A stretch of DNA of 47,707 bases from Gonapodya sp. JEL0774 (taxonomy: Eukaryota). The notes below the pieces were generated by a model. The model saw only the letters and a program-made list of their open reading frames with translations, was not told the origin of the DNA and did no database searches. Of the stretch, positions 25,961-38,157 are shown one piece after another (the first letter of the stretch is position 1; each line of letters begins with the position of its first letter). The stretch is from positions 1-47,707 of the forward strand of contig JADIIX010000152.1 of assembly GCA_027604505.1 (NCBI GenBank), written 5' to 3'. Both the position numbers and the translations under genes were made by a program.

Positions 25961-27036
25961 ATGGAGTATTTTGAGGAATCTCACAGGAAGTAAATGGACA
26001 AACATATGGCAATAGTAGTTACATTTGTTCATGAGATTTACATAATGGTCTTAAGAGTGCTTGAATGTATTTTGTGACTCTGCTTACATGCATTCACTCC
26101 CACAATTTATTGCCTTGGGAACGAAAAGGAATGAGACCAGGAAGGGAAACAAATGCCGAACGACCCAGACGAAAAATTGGACCGATGACTGCTTCTCACA
26201 CTACTGTTGATGCTCACAAGTAGAAACAGATAGCCGTGCCCCAAATCAGTTAGAGACACGAATGAATGCTTAAGCTAGCAACGGTGACGGTTACGTATTA
26301 TGTACATATCAAATTCTTTGAACCAGCGATAAAGGAAACTTACAAACCTTCACAGCCCAAAGACCATCAAAATCCTCTAGAAGCTATAGATGCACAGTTC
26401 GATTGTCAGTGGATGGCGGTCACGAATGCACACGCTCGAGGATACGTGGGGCAAATGCAATGTCACACAATGCATAAATAATTAAACAATTAATTCAGTT
26501 GCTGCTACCAACACCCCAAGCAGGCCCAAATAGCATATCTGCTTGGATCATGTGGCAATACCAGTGAGAATGCTTGTGAAGAGGGCACGGCAGAGTATGG
26601 AAGTACTTCCAAAGAATTTTTGGATCTATTATAAATGCTCCAATAAACAACAGAAATGCAATCAGCTGGAAATCGAGTAGAAATTAGGAGAGAAGTTCCT
26701 ATCGGAGTGGAGAGGATAATTTGCGTCAGTACTCACTGATTTGGGAAACGGGTTATCACTATCCCATATACTACTATCACATGCCTCACTGGCCTTTGTT
26801 GCTCATCGGAGCCTCTTTTATGTCCACGAACTGTCACCTACCCAGTGAGGGGCTCCGAAGCTTTACCGTGCCGCACATATCACTGTAGCCCCTGCGCGTA
26901 TTCTTCATTGCTACTGTCTGACATTGCTGTATTTCAGTTTTGCATTCGCACAGGTTCGTACTGCTGTGTTCACGCCACTTGACGCTCCACGTTCTACCCT
27001 CCACACCAGCTAATCATCATATATTTGGATCATAGC

Positions 27037-28549
27037 ATGTTCCCATTAAAAGGTTTTCAGATCAGCGGCATGATCACCTCGTTCGTCTACTACCGACACT
27101 TGGCAACTAGCGTGCGAACATCCACCTCCTTACCAATTCTCCTCCTCCAACCACCCGGAGCTTGCTCGTCTTTCACTCGGAGTGGATCTCTTTACCCACC
27201 ACTCGGTTTGTACCAGCTAGCTGCTACGGTAGCTGCAACTGAATGCGAAGTTCTTGATGCTGATGGGTGGAAGTTTTCTGTCGAGGAAACACTTCAAAGA
27301 GTGCAAGAGAAGCGTCCTCGAGCAGTTGGGTTCACAGTTACGAGTAAAACATGCTCACTTGTCGAAGAATGGGCGTCCGAAATTAAGAAGGTGGCGGAAG
27401 GGCTTCCTCCGGTGGTCATTGCCGGGGGCCCACATGCGGGGTTTAGCCCACAAGAAGTGTTTAAAAAATGCCCGTCGGTGGATGTGGTGGTGAGGGGTGA
27501 AGGAGAGCCAGTCTTTCCCGGAATCGTGGAAGTCCTTTCTTCTGCTCCTCCTCCCAATATTCTCGATCTGCTCGCAGAATTCGATGGGGTTCTTGTTCGA
27601 GACAAGCCTCGGGAGAATGATCGCAAAATACTTCGCGTCGAACACGAACACTTCTCCACACTTGCCTTTCCACGATTGGACTTAACAGCTCCGATCAAAA
27701 ACTGTACGTCCGATCATTCTTGCATTTGCCCTTTCCAATCTGGCAATCTCGTACGTTCTTCCCGTGATAGACTGGGCTCCCGACTCGCGCCGCACACCGA
27801 TGGTGACCTTCATGACACAGCGAGGATGCCCCTTCAAGTGCGGATTCTGTTCTTCCCCCAACCTTCATGGAAATCAAGTAAGTTCGGTTTCAAAGTGACG
27901 GATGTGTCACTCACTATGTTCCTTGAATGTCAAGGTTCGTGGATTCCCAGTTGAGAGGGTAATCGACGAGCTGGAAAGACTCAGTAAAGATCACGGGGTC
28001 CAGGAAGTTTCCTTCGTCGACGACGTATTCACAGTGAAACCATCCCGGCTCTTGGCGCTGTGCCAAGGTATCTCCGCCCGAAAGTTACATTTGAGCTGGT
28101 ACTGCAATGCTCGTGCGGATCAGGTTTCAACCAGACTTGCTGAAGCAATGGCGGCGAGTGGAGCTCATCAAGTGTTCCTCGGGTTTGAATCGGGCTGTGA
28201 TGATATGCTTAAGAGGATTTCCAAGGGAGCAACTGTTGCGCAGCTCGAGCGTGGAGCCCAAATCTTGAAAGATGCGGGGATAGACAGGTCGGTGGGGTTT
28301 GTGATTGGATTGCCAGGAGAGACAGACGACTCCGTGACCAAAACAATCGAGCTATTTCACCGCGTCAAGCCAGAGAGGAGGCAATTCACAAGGTGGACTC
28401 CCCTAGCAGGATCACCACTTGTTATGGCTGGACACGGAGTAGTGGGAGCTGATGCGAGGACTGGCTTCCATGACCAACGACAAGATGACAAGGTCGGGCA
28501 GTGGATTCAACGATGCTACGACGAGTGTCCAGGGAACCCATCAGTTTAG
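27037..28549 (+). CDS. Cobalamin (B12)-binding domain radical SAM enzyme (class B methyltransferase / BchE-like architecture)
   Basis: B12-binding domain: YPPLGLYQLAA, AVGFTV, VIAGGPHA, VDVVVRGEGE. After splicing introns ~27704-27770 and ~27878-27934 the radical SAM domain reads MTQRGCPFKCGFCSSP (CxxxCxxC), FVDDVFT, CNARAD, LGFESG, FVIGLPGET, TPLAGSPL. Confidence 0.92.
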
Positions 28550-28616
28550 GAGATAAGGTTAGGCAGTGGATTCAATGATGCTACGACGAGTGTCCATTGA
28601 ACCCAACACTTTGGAA
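28487..28616 (+). repeat. Two-copy 65-bp tandem direct repeat spanning the radical SAM stop codon
   Basis: 28487-28551 (gacaaggtcgggcagtggattcaacgatgctacgacgagtgtcc...) vs 28552-28616 (gataaggttaggcagtggattcaatgatgctacgacgagtgtcc...); 55 of 65 positions identical by manual alignment. Confidence 0.93.
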
Positions 28617-28866
28617 GTGTGGAACTGCTTTCATTGTCGGCGTCTCATTAGTGGTTGGGTTCAGCTTTGCGAGTCCGGCATATCTGTACTACGTAGTGTG
28701 TAGCATATCTTTGGTATTTTCTTCAGGGGAAGGATGGAGTCGCTTATCGTTGCACAAATAGCTCAGGATATCCCCCACAAAGTTTCGAGCACGGGGTGTG
28801 GGAGGATCCTGAGGCCTTTGCCCTAACCACAAGCGATTTTCTCTTTACAAGAACGACTTCGATACC

Positions 28867-31800
28867 ATGGCGCCGCCGAGAGCTCGACCATCGAAAATGA
28901 GCAAATCCAAACACATCAATGATGCTCCCTCACCTAAACCATCTGGAAAGTCTGCTAAGGTGGAAGCAACTGTTGGTGCTCGGCCGGTACCTGCTCCAAC
29001 CGAACCTCAGTCACTACTAGCCAACACAGCCTTCGCAGAAGAAGTGGAATTTCCACGCGGAGGAACAGGGGCTCTGTCTTCCTCGATCAATTCTGTCACC
29101 GGTGGTACAAAGTCTTCCAAGCGATCACGGGAGGGTGAAACGGAAGAGTCAGACCTGTTTGCCGACGATGGAGGTATTCATAGTGAAGATGAATCCAACG
29201 AGGACGTGCAGAAACCAGCGAAGCGAGCGAAAGTCGGGAATGGCAAAAGCGTGGGAAAAGCTTCTGGCAAGCGAAAGGACGGAGAGAAAACTAAATCCGC
29301 TCCAGCACACTTCGCACTCTCTGTCGGTCATCTCCCCACTGGTTTGCGAGTGATTGGTGTCGTGAAGGACATCAATGACATAGATGTTGTCGTTTCGTTG
29401 CCAAACAATATCACTGCTTACTTGCCAATCACGAATGTCTCAGAAGCAGTCTCCAAGAAAGCCGAGGAAGTCGCAAATATACTTGAGAAAGAAGAAGATG
29501 CTGTTAGTGAGGATGAAGATGAGCTTGCGGCGGGTAGTGATGAAAATGCTGCCTCGGAGAATGAAGGTAGCGAGAATGGGCAAGACGGAGACGCTGTAGA
29601 GGACGACACCGAATTGGATGATGAAAAATCGGAAGACCAGGATTCGATAATGGAACTGGATGAGGTTCGTGACGTTCTGGCATCTCCAACCGTGCTGTTC
29701 AACAACCACTAAAACCACCATATCTGCAAACGTATCCACGTTCAGCCGACTCTTCCTATTCTCCGAAACCTTTTTCATATCGGTCAGCTCCTTTCTTGTC
29801 GGGTCACAGAAGTAGAAACTGCCACCAAATCATTGGTAAAACCTGGCACCAGCCCCGGTGCAGTGCGGCAGGCGAAACGTGTGGAAGTTACGGTGGATCC
29901 TAGAAGCGTTAATGAGGCTGTAGAAGTGGTTGAAGGAATGGTAAGTTGATCCTCGCGTGGTGAGCGAGGAGGCATGTGAAGTTCAACGTTCGTTTGTTCG
30001 TGAAAAAACAATAGATTCTTCCTTGTGTCCTACTTTCCCACGAAGACACTGGCCTCCTTCTTGAGCCTCACGTCGCACCATTTCGCTCTGCATTTTGCCC
30101 ATTGAGCTCAGCGCGCAAGTATATTGCTCATGTGAATAGTTGTCGTGGCTTATCAGTGGATGCAGAACTCGAGCCGGGACAAATCGTTATGTGTGTTTTG
30201 AGCACTATCGACCGGGATCGTGGATTAATCACGGTAACGCTCGACACCGAGTTCATGGTGTCCGCGTTGGTTGGTGTTCCTGAGACCACCAAGGTCAAAG
30301 TCAAAGGCGGTAGCAAACCAAAGACGAAGTCGACCCCGGCGTCATTCGATTCCCTCACCCCCCTTTCTGCGACAAAAGTCACCGTTACCCGCCACGTCCG
30401 TGACTCGGCGGGTGCGGTTGTTGCGGTGGGAGTGAAGCTTGGAGAAATAGAAGGTATTCTTGGTGGTGTACACATGGGATTGGAAGGCGCTGGTGACGAT
30501 GGGTGGGACAGTGAGGCTTCCGAGGAGCTGCCCGTAGGCAAGCAAGTGAGCTTTGGTATTTGAGATTGTGCCATGTTCTGTGCATTTCATTCACGTCATG
30601 TACTGTTCTCCATTCATTCATCAGGTCCAAGTGCGCACACTTTATTCTGATCCAGCATCTCGTAGGGTAGTGTTCACTCGTCAACCATCACTCCTATCGC
30701 TCACGGATACACCCCTCGTAACTCCCCCTGCGCTCGGAATCACACCAATTTCTGAAAAACTGGATATTGGCAGCTATGTTACTTTCAGGTCCGCAGTTGT
30801 GGATAAGAATGGCATTTTTGGAAAGGTCGTCACCGTGGGGAAAGATGGACAATCAAAAGTCGGGGTCGACTCGTGGGCTTACATTCATGTATGTTATGCT
30901 GTTACATGTTTCCGCTCTTTGAGCCTCCAATTCATGCAGCTCTTCTCATTCTTGTCGATGAATTCTTAGATATCACGGTTGTCTGACACACACACGGCGC
31001 CCACGATCCAAACCGATGCCCGGTATGCAACGGGTACAATCCACCAGGCACGCATTGTGGGGGTGGATATGTGTGACAGGATTTGGCAGTGCAGTAGTCA
31101 AAAGAGTGTAATGGAGACAAAATTTTTGCGGATTGCAGACGTAATGGTTGGAGAAGTTGTCAAGGTGCGGTTGTATAAGGTCTTGATGGTCCTTCAACTT
31201 CTTAATAGCCGAAACTTAGGCGAAAGTACTCAAGCATGGGTCTTTCGGCATGGTTGTGGGTCTTACAGACTCAATAACAGGCCTCGTCCAAGCGTCCCAC
31301 GTGTCGGACGTTCGACTAAAGAACCCAGAGAAATTGCACAAAGTTGGGTCTACCGTGAAGTGTAGAGTAAGTTTAACGTCGAGTCAGATCATTCAATTGA
31401 ATTCACAACTCTTACAAAACGAATATTTGAAGGTTCTTTTGGTGGACGCGCAATCTAAGAAGATCCAGCTCACTTGCCGGAAATCGCTAGTTGGGATGGC
31501 ATTCCCACCACTGAAGTCATATGACGAAGCGATCCCTGGCGCGGTCCACTTTGGAGTTGTGACTGCAGTCAAAGAATATGGGTGCCTCGTGACGTTTTTC
31601 GGAGGTGTGCGGGCTTTGGTACCAATACCTGAGATGAGGTGAATTGAGTTACTGTTTCGAATGAGTCAAGAAGCAAAATCTTGAGGTTCAAGTTTAACGC
31701 CTCTTTATCGCCAACTTTAGTGATGGGTTTATTGAGAAGGCTTCCAGCATCGCTAGTGTTGGCCAAGTTGTCAAGTGCAGGATCTTGACAGTTGACGCTG

Positions 31801-34800
31801 CTTCCGAGAAGTTGAGATGTAGTTTCAAGGTGGGTATGGTATTATAAAGTCCGTCAAAATGATTTTCTGATAACCGAGTTCCTCATTTTAGATGGCTGAA
31901 CGGGTGGGAAACGTTCTGGGAACAGTGGACGTTGGACAGGTATGCGTTTACAAGAATTGTACGCAACAACCACTGGGCCCGCCTGACTGTCTTCATATTT
32001 GAGATTGTTGATGGTCGTGTAGTATCTGTTACTGCCGATGGTGTTCTTGTCCATCTTCTGTCCGCATCAGAAGACTCGACTCCTACCAAGGCCTTCATAC
32101 CGACTTTCCACCTATCGGACTATCCTACCCTTGCACAAAGATTGTCCGATAAACTGCGAGATGGTGCACTTCTGCGGAATCTGGTTGTTGTCTCAAAGGA
32201 CGATGTGAAGGGCAAAGTCGTTGCGAGCAAGAAGTTCCTATTGAGGGAGTATTTAAACAAGAACCTGCTACCTATCCGCGCGGAAGAATTCGAAACGAAT
32301 CGGTTGGTACCCGGCTGGGTCAAGAATGTGACGGAGATGGGAGTTTTTGTGGGTTTCCTTGGTGGAACAGTTGGCTTGGCAAGAAAACACGTGAGTTTTA
32401 TTCACGACTTTCATGTAGTGATGAACGTGCTGACCTGCGTGCTTAGGATCTTGCTGACCATTTTGTGACCGAAATCAAAGACCAATTCCGAATTGGTCAA
32501 ACAGTACTTGCTCGCGTTACTGAAGTGGACATCGAACGCCGCCGTTTCTTCGTCACCCTCAAAGCGTCTCTCTGTCTTAGTGCAGAAGAGCAGTTCCCTC
32601 TGACAAAAGACAACTACGTGAAATCGAGTGCTCAAAGTTTCCCGTTCGCGTATTTAAGCACATACTTTGATGAAAAGGACGAGCTCGATTTTGGGAAATT
32701 CGGCGCTGAAGGTGTCGTCGTTGACTCGGATGCCAAATGGAGGGATGCGTTCCGCATTGGCCAAGTCGTTGATGGTACGATCAAGCAGATCAAGCCACAT
32801 GGCGTGATTGTTAAGTTAACCGAGAGGGTGGGCGGAGTGATTGCCGGCGATCTTCTGAAGGGTAAGGTTCGTCTTCCTCATTGATTTACGCCGGTGACCC
32901 TAAATCGCGATCACAGGCAGGAAATTAAAGAGTGGGGATTCAATTAAATGCAAAGTTCTCGATATTGACGGTAAGGAATTTGTGATTAATGACACCGTAA
33001 CTAGAAGAACTCATCAAGAAATTGGAACAGGCGAAAAACGAACGCTCGACTTATCACTGTCAGAGGAGGCCACCATCCCACAGTCCAAGGTAAATTGCTT
33101 CGACACTTGCCACTTGAGAATCAACCATATGATAAAAATTTCTCTTACAGGAACCAGAACTGACTAGACTCTACGATGCGGCCATTGAAATTGTGAAGCA
33201 AGAGTACTGTGTTGTTCGAGTCCCAGCTTTGGGGGATCAGATCACATTTGCTGCTGTTCGTCACTACAATTCTGGTGCTGGAGTTCATCCTAAATATCGT
33301 TCAGGGCAAGCTTTGCAAGTGCAGTTCATCAATGATCTATCCGACAATCGAATTCTGTCTGCGAATAGACGCGTTGGTGTCATCGTGGCTGACAACAAGA
33401 AGAAATCCCCCTCTCCGGCAGAGAGACCTGTGAAATTGACACGAGAGGTCAAAGAACCGATTGACAAAAAGATACAAACACTGGATGACTTCAAAATTGG
33501 GATGTTGACCCGAGCTCGAGTCAAATCTGTCAAAAGTACACAGGTCGACCTCATTCTCGCTGCCAACCTGAAAGGACGATTGCACTGCACAGAGATATTT
33601 GGATCATACGAAGAGGTTGCCGACCCAAAACATCCTTTCTCTACCTTCAAACCCGGTGATGATATTGAGTGCAAAGTCGTAGGTGTTAACAACAGCAAAA
33701 ATCAAAAGTGAGTAACCTCGTGTTGCATTCTGGGCTAGTTACATCAATCTTATTCACGAAATCCTGCCCATGAACATGAAAGAAATCTATCAATGACCCA
33801 CAAAACTCCGACGTCGCAGCCGATAATTGAAATGACAGTGCGCAAAGCCGATCTCGCATGTGGAGATGGCGAACTGGGCAGTACTCGTCCCTACTTGAGC
33901 GTTTCAGATACTCCCGTGGGCGCGAAGTGTCTGGGTTTTGTTCAGAGGATAGACAAAGACGCCATTTTGGTTCTCATTAGTTCCGCTGTCCTAGGTAGAA
34001 TCACATCTCTGGAAGCTTCCGACAACCTCGAAGTCATTAAAGATCTTGCGAAGTATTTTGTGGTTGGGATGGCCGTTAATTGCTGGGTCACCCACAAAGA
34101 TGATGAAAAAGGGACTGTCGAACTGAGCTTGAAAGGGCCTCCTGGAAACCTGGTTAATACGGCCACCGTGGGGCGAGTGCTATCTGTCGAAGAGAACAAA
34201 TACGTCAACGTTGTGCTCGGTGTTGGTAAAAGGCTCCTTGGGCGGGCCGCGATCACGGATCTCTCTGACAGTTACGAGAGCAATCCTACCAAGAAGTTCG
34301 CAGTAGGTGAATACGTGAGATGTCACATTTTGGGCCTACACGAAAGGGACGGGCGAACTCTTGTTAACGTCAGTCTCCGAGAATCTCGTGTAAGTCCTCG
34401 CATGGGACAGGTGGTTCGTGATGCGGAACTTGAAAGTACTGCAGACCTCTCTGTGGGAATGGTTGTTCGAGGCTACGTCAAAAACATCGCCGACGGCGGA
34501 TGCTTTGTGTCCCTCGGGCGTACTCTCACTGGGCGAGTTCAGATCAAGGAGCTCTCGGACGACTATGTTAAAGATTGGAAGGTCGGTCTTTCTAGCATCA
34601 CGGTTTCGTTTGTTCAGCGCGTAATATTTATGTCCTCCGTCAGTCCCTCGTCAAAATAGGACAACTCGTACAAGTCGAAGTTATCGGGTTCGTGCATTGT
34701 GTGGTTTCAATACGGGCATCGCCACAAAGATTGTGCTGATGACTCTTTTTTTGTTAGGGTGGATGCTGCCCGAAACCATGTCGAGCTTACGATGAAGCAA

Positions 34801-36680
34801 TCTGTGGTGGACCCTGAGGCCTACAAAAAGTCCAAACGGCGCCTTGATTTCGAGGACTTGACCAAGGGGATGAAACTCGATGGGACTATCCGAAGGGTAG
34901 AATCCTTCGGAGTCTTCATCAACATCACCGGGACGACTCTAAGCGGACTGTGTCACATCAGTGAGGTTTCTGACAAACCCCCCAAAGACCTGTCCTCCTT
35001 GTACAACATTGGAGACCCGGTGAAAGTCATTGTGCTCAAAGTCAATCAGGAAAACAAAAAGCTCTCTCTTGGGCTCAAGCCTTCATATTTCGACGCGGAG
35101 GACTTTGAGACACCACCAGAGGCATCCTTGCAGGCTAAGGTACGGTTTCTCGGCGTTGGCGTTCTTTTTTCCTCTTGTGTCTCCTTTTTTTTGCAGCTAA
35201 TATGTAGACTGTAATGCAGGAGCAAACGAACGATCAGAGTTCATCCATTGTCCGCTCCACACATCATGTGAATGATGTCGAAATGGAAGATGCCCCAAGC
35301 AACCCAGCGACACTACTGCCAGCAAAAGGAATTTCCGTCAATCCCATCTGGGACCCAGCAGCAGCTCTTGCAACTATTGGCGCTGGAGCAGGATATGGGA
35401 GTGATGATGAAAGCAGTGATGGTGAAGATGGTGCTACTCCAGTGGAAAAAACGAAGAAATCTCGCAAGCAGCGCCTTCAAGAGAGAAAGGAGGAAGAAAA
35501 GCGCATAGATCAACGTGAGAAATCGTTGTTAGATCCCTCGACAGCTCCACAAGTGGCCGCGGACTTTGAAAGATTGCTCCTCGAGTCGCCCAACGACTCT
35601 TTGATTTGGATCAAGTATATGGCCTTTCATATGCAAATGGCAGAGATTGATCGTGCCCGACAAACAGCGGAGAGGGCTATTCGAACAATTAACTACCGGG
35701 AGGAGCACGAGAAGCTGAACGTGTGGATTGCGTTGATGAACTTGGAGAGCGCGTTTGGAACCGCCGAATCACTGAAAGCCGTCTTCGAACGAGCTGTTCA
35801 GTACAACGACCCACTCAAAGTATACAAGCAAATGGTGCAGATTTACCAAAAGAGTGGCAAGAAAGATGTGAGACATCATTTGGTACCTCATTTTGCTCCG
35901 AGCTCATTGATTCTGCTCACGGCTCCGTAAGATGGTTGAATCCACCTACCAAGCTATGGTCAAAAAGTTCAGTACGAATGCGAAGGTTTGGCAAGCTTTC
36001 GGACAGTTTTACCTTCAAAACGGAGAACCCGAAAAAGCCCGTGAACTGCTTCAACGGAGTCAAAAATCACTACCCAAGAGAGATCGTGAGTCATCACCAC
36101 CGATTGCATTGTTGGGGGCCCTTTAATGTTTCATGTACGATAGACGTCGACAACATTGCCGCCTTTGGGCAACTGGAGTTCAAGTTTGGGGAACCCGAAC
36201 GAGGTCGAACGATATTCGAAGGGGTGCTTGGAAATTATCCGAAGCGAGTGGATCTATGGAGCGTCTATCTTGACATGGAAATATCCCGTGTGGGCGATGT
36301 GGACACCATCAGGTGGGTGGTTGCCTGAGTGTCTTGCAAACATGATACATGATGGCAGGTGAAATGCCGCATTTCCTTTTTGACAAATCAGACGACTGTT
36401 TGAACGTGTGATACACATGAAATTCTCATCTAAGAAGATGAAATTCTTGTTTACGCGTTACTTGGACTTTGAGAAGAAGCATGGTACTGAGGAGACAGTC
36501 CAACACGTAAAGGGGGAAGGTGAGCAGGTGATAGAACAAAGTTGGATGTTCTTCTTTTGACCTCCTCGCCATCATTCCAATAACATAGCGATGCGTTACG
36601 TCGAAAGCATCACTCCTGAGGGTCCAGCTGGAACGCCAACAGATCAGCATGAAGGCGAGGGGGACGACGAAGAAGAGTAG
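28867..36680 (+). CDS. RRP5: rRNA biogenesis protein RRP5 (multiple S1 domains plus C-terminal HAT/TPR repeats)
   Basis: N-terminal EFPRGG; repeated S1 domains (e.g. [41 protein letters not shown]); HAT region [75 protein letters not shown]. Stop TAG at 36678-36680. Confidence 0.96.
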
Positions 36681-36784
36681 AGGAAGAGACATTTGGGGGC
36701 ATACCATCGCAGCTCTTTCTGGCATATACCCTTCCGGCATCGCATCATAATAATTTTAGCTTGATTTACACACGACAGCCGTTA

Positions 36785-37905
36785 TTAATCTATCAAGTCT
36801 TTGATGTCGAACAAATTCCTAAGTATATCAAGCTCTATCGTTCGTCTAGCTGTAACAGGATCTGCTGCACCCAAGATTTCGTCCTTTAGGTTTCGCGTCG
36901 TCCGTGTGTTTGTTGCAAAATCGTGCACTGTGAGTTCGTCATCCATGAGACTGGTGCGACGGATTTTAGGCACCTTGGACCCAGGTTCGAGGTTTTGTGT
37001 CCTCACTACCATCAGTCCCGCCACAAATCTCGATGCAGGGTGTGTTGCGACAAAATGATTTGAAATGACAAAGTCAGCATCCTTCGAAACAGAGCGATGC
37101 CGGAAAATTCATCAGCTCAGCAATCAATCAGCCTGCGCAAGGACGAAAATTGACCCCATACCGCAACGTGGCTTCTGTGTTGCACAAAATAACAGTCACT
37201 CCACCCATGCTTGTCCCCATGCCATGCTTGCACGTAAACACCTTCCTCCGCCTCGACATTCCGTGTCTCCGCATCCTCGGTCAGGCCCAGGTAACCCGTC
37301 CTCAACCTCCATCCCAGGCTCGTCCCTTCCAGCCATGCTGGCTCGAATGGACCCTTCCACGGGTCCTCGCCTGTACCTAGGGGAATGGGTACGAGGGGAC
37401 TGGCTCCGAAGCCCATATCGACAATCCAGTGCTTGGATTGTCCGCCAGAATCATCGGGCAAATTTTTCACGAGCACGATCCGGTGCGTGAGTTTTGTCAG
37501 CGCGACAGTTTTGGTGGACTGATCGGTAAATCGTGCGATGCGTCCAATGAGGTTTGAAGTTTGGAATCCAACAGCTTGAAGAACGCGTTTGAAGAGGCCA
37601 TTCATATTGAAGCAGTAACCACCCCTTCCCTGATTCACGACCCAATCATAAAAGTCATCAGGATCGAACTTGATTGGGAGCCATGGCAAGCCATCTGAGA
37701 TTGCTTTCTCTTTTCGGACACGCTCTCCCGCAGTTTGATATTGGATGTTAACGCTTTCCCAATTGATGTGCGTGATGTGATGGAAAACGAGAGTTTTGAG
37801 AGTGTCCAAAGTCGGTTCCAGCTTGGTGGAGGAAAGACCAATACGGTTATAGTACCGAGAAAGCTCTTCAGTAGTCAAAGGTGGCCATTCCATTAGAAAC
37901 GCCAT
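36785..37905 (-). CDS. Arylamine N-acetyltransferase (NAT), 2 exons
   Basis: YYNRIGL, PTLDTLKTL; Cys-His-Asp triad motifs GRGGYCFNMNGLF, THRIVLV and WIVDMGFG; exon 2 DADFVISNHFVATHPASRF. Start at 37905 or 37893. Confidence 0.92.
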
Positions 37906-38157
37906 CAGGATATGGGTGGGAATCAGCACTCTGGTGGAGTCCGAGAACCCCGTCGGAGGTGTGCGGGAGAGCGCGGGTTGAGTCGGACCAATACAAAAAT
38001 CATGCGCGGCTAGAGCCGCCGTCAAGGTCCACAGCACATTGTGGTCACGATCCCCAAGAAAAGGGAAAGAGGTAGAATGGGGAGAGAAGCGAGCGTGATG
38101 GAACAGAATACTTGTTCCGGTAGAAAGTCAATATAAGTTTTTCGTACTAGACCCAGG

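Noticed and set aside
26700..27036. Possible cobalamin riboswitch or RiPP precursor peptide next to the radical SAM gene
   Set aside because: No recognisable B12-box or conserved riboswitch core. The splice signals explain the region, and nearby small ORFs lack leader/core repeat features.
28487..28616. Direct repeat as a CRISPR-like array
   Set aside because: Only two adjacent degenerate copies, no spacers, no cas genes, and a eukaryotic context.
28552..28650. TGA in the second repeat copy plus a downstream hairpin as possible selenocysteine/SECIS signal (some early-diverging fungi use Sec)
   Set aside because: The TGA aligns to an Arg CGA codon, not Cys, and lies after the true TAG stop. 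The ATGA is not followed by the AA loop and GA spacing of a SECIS.
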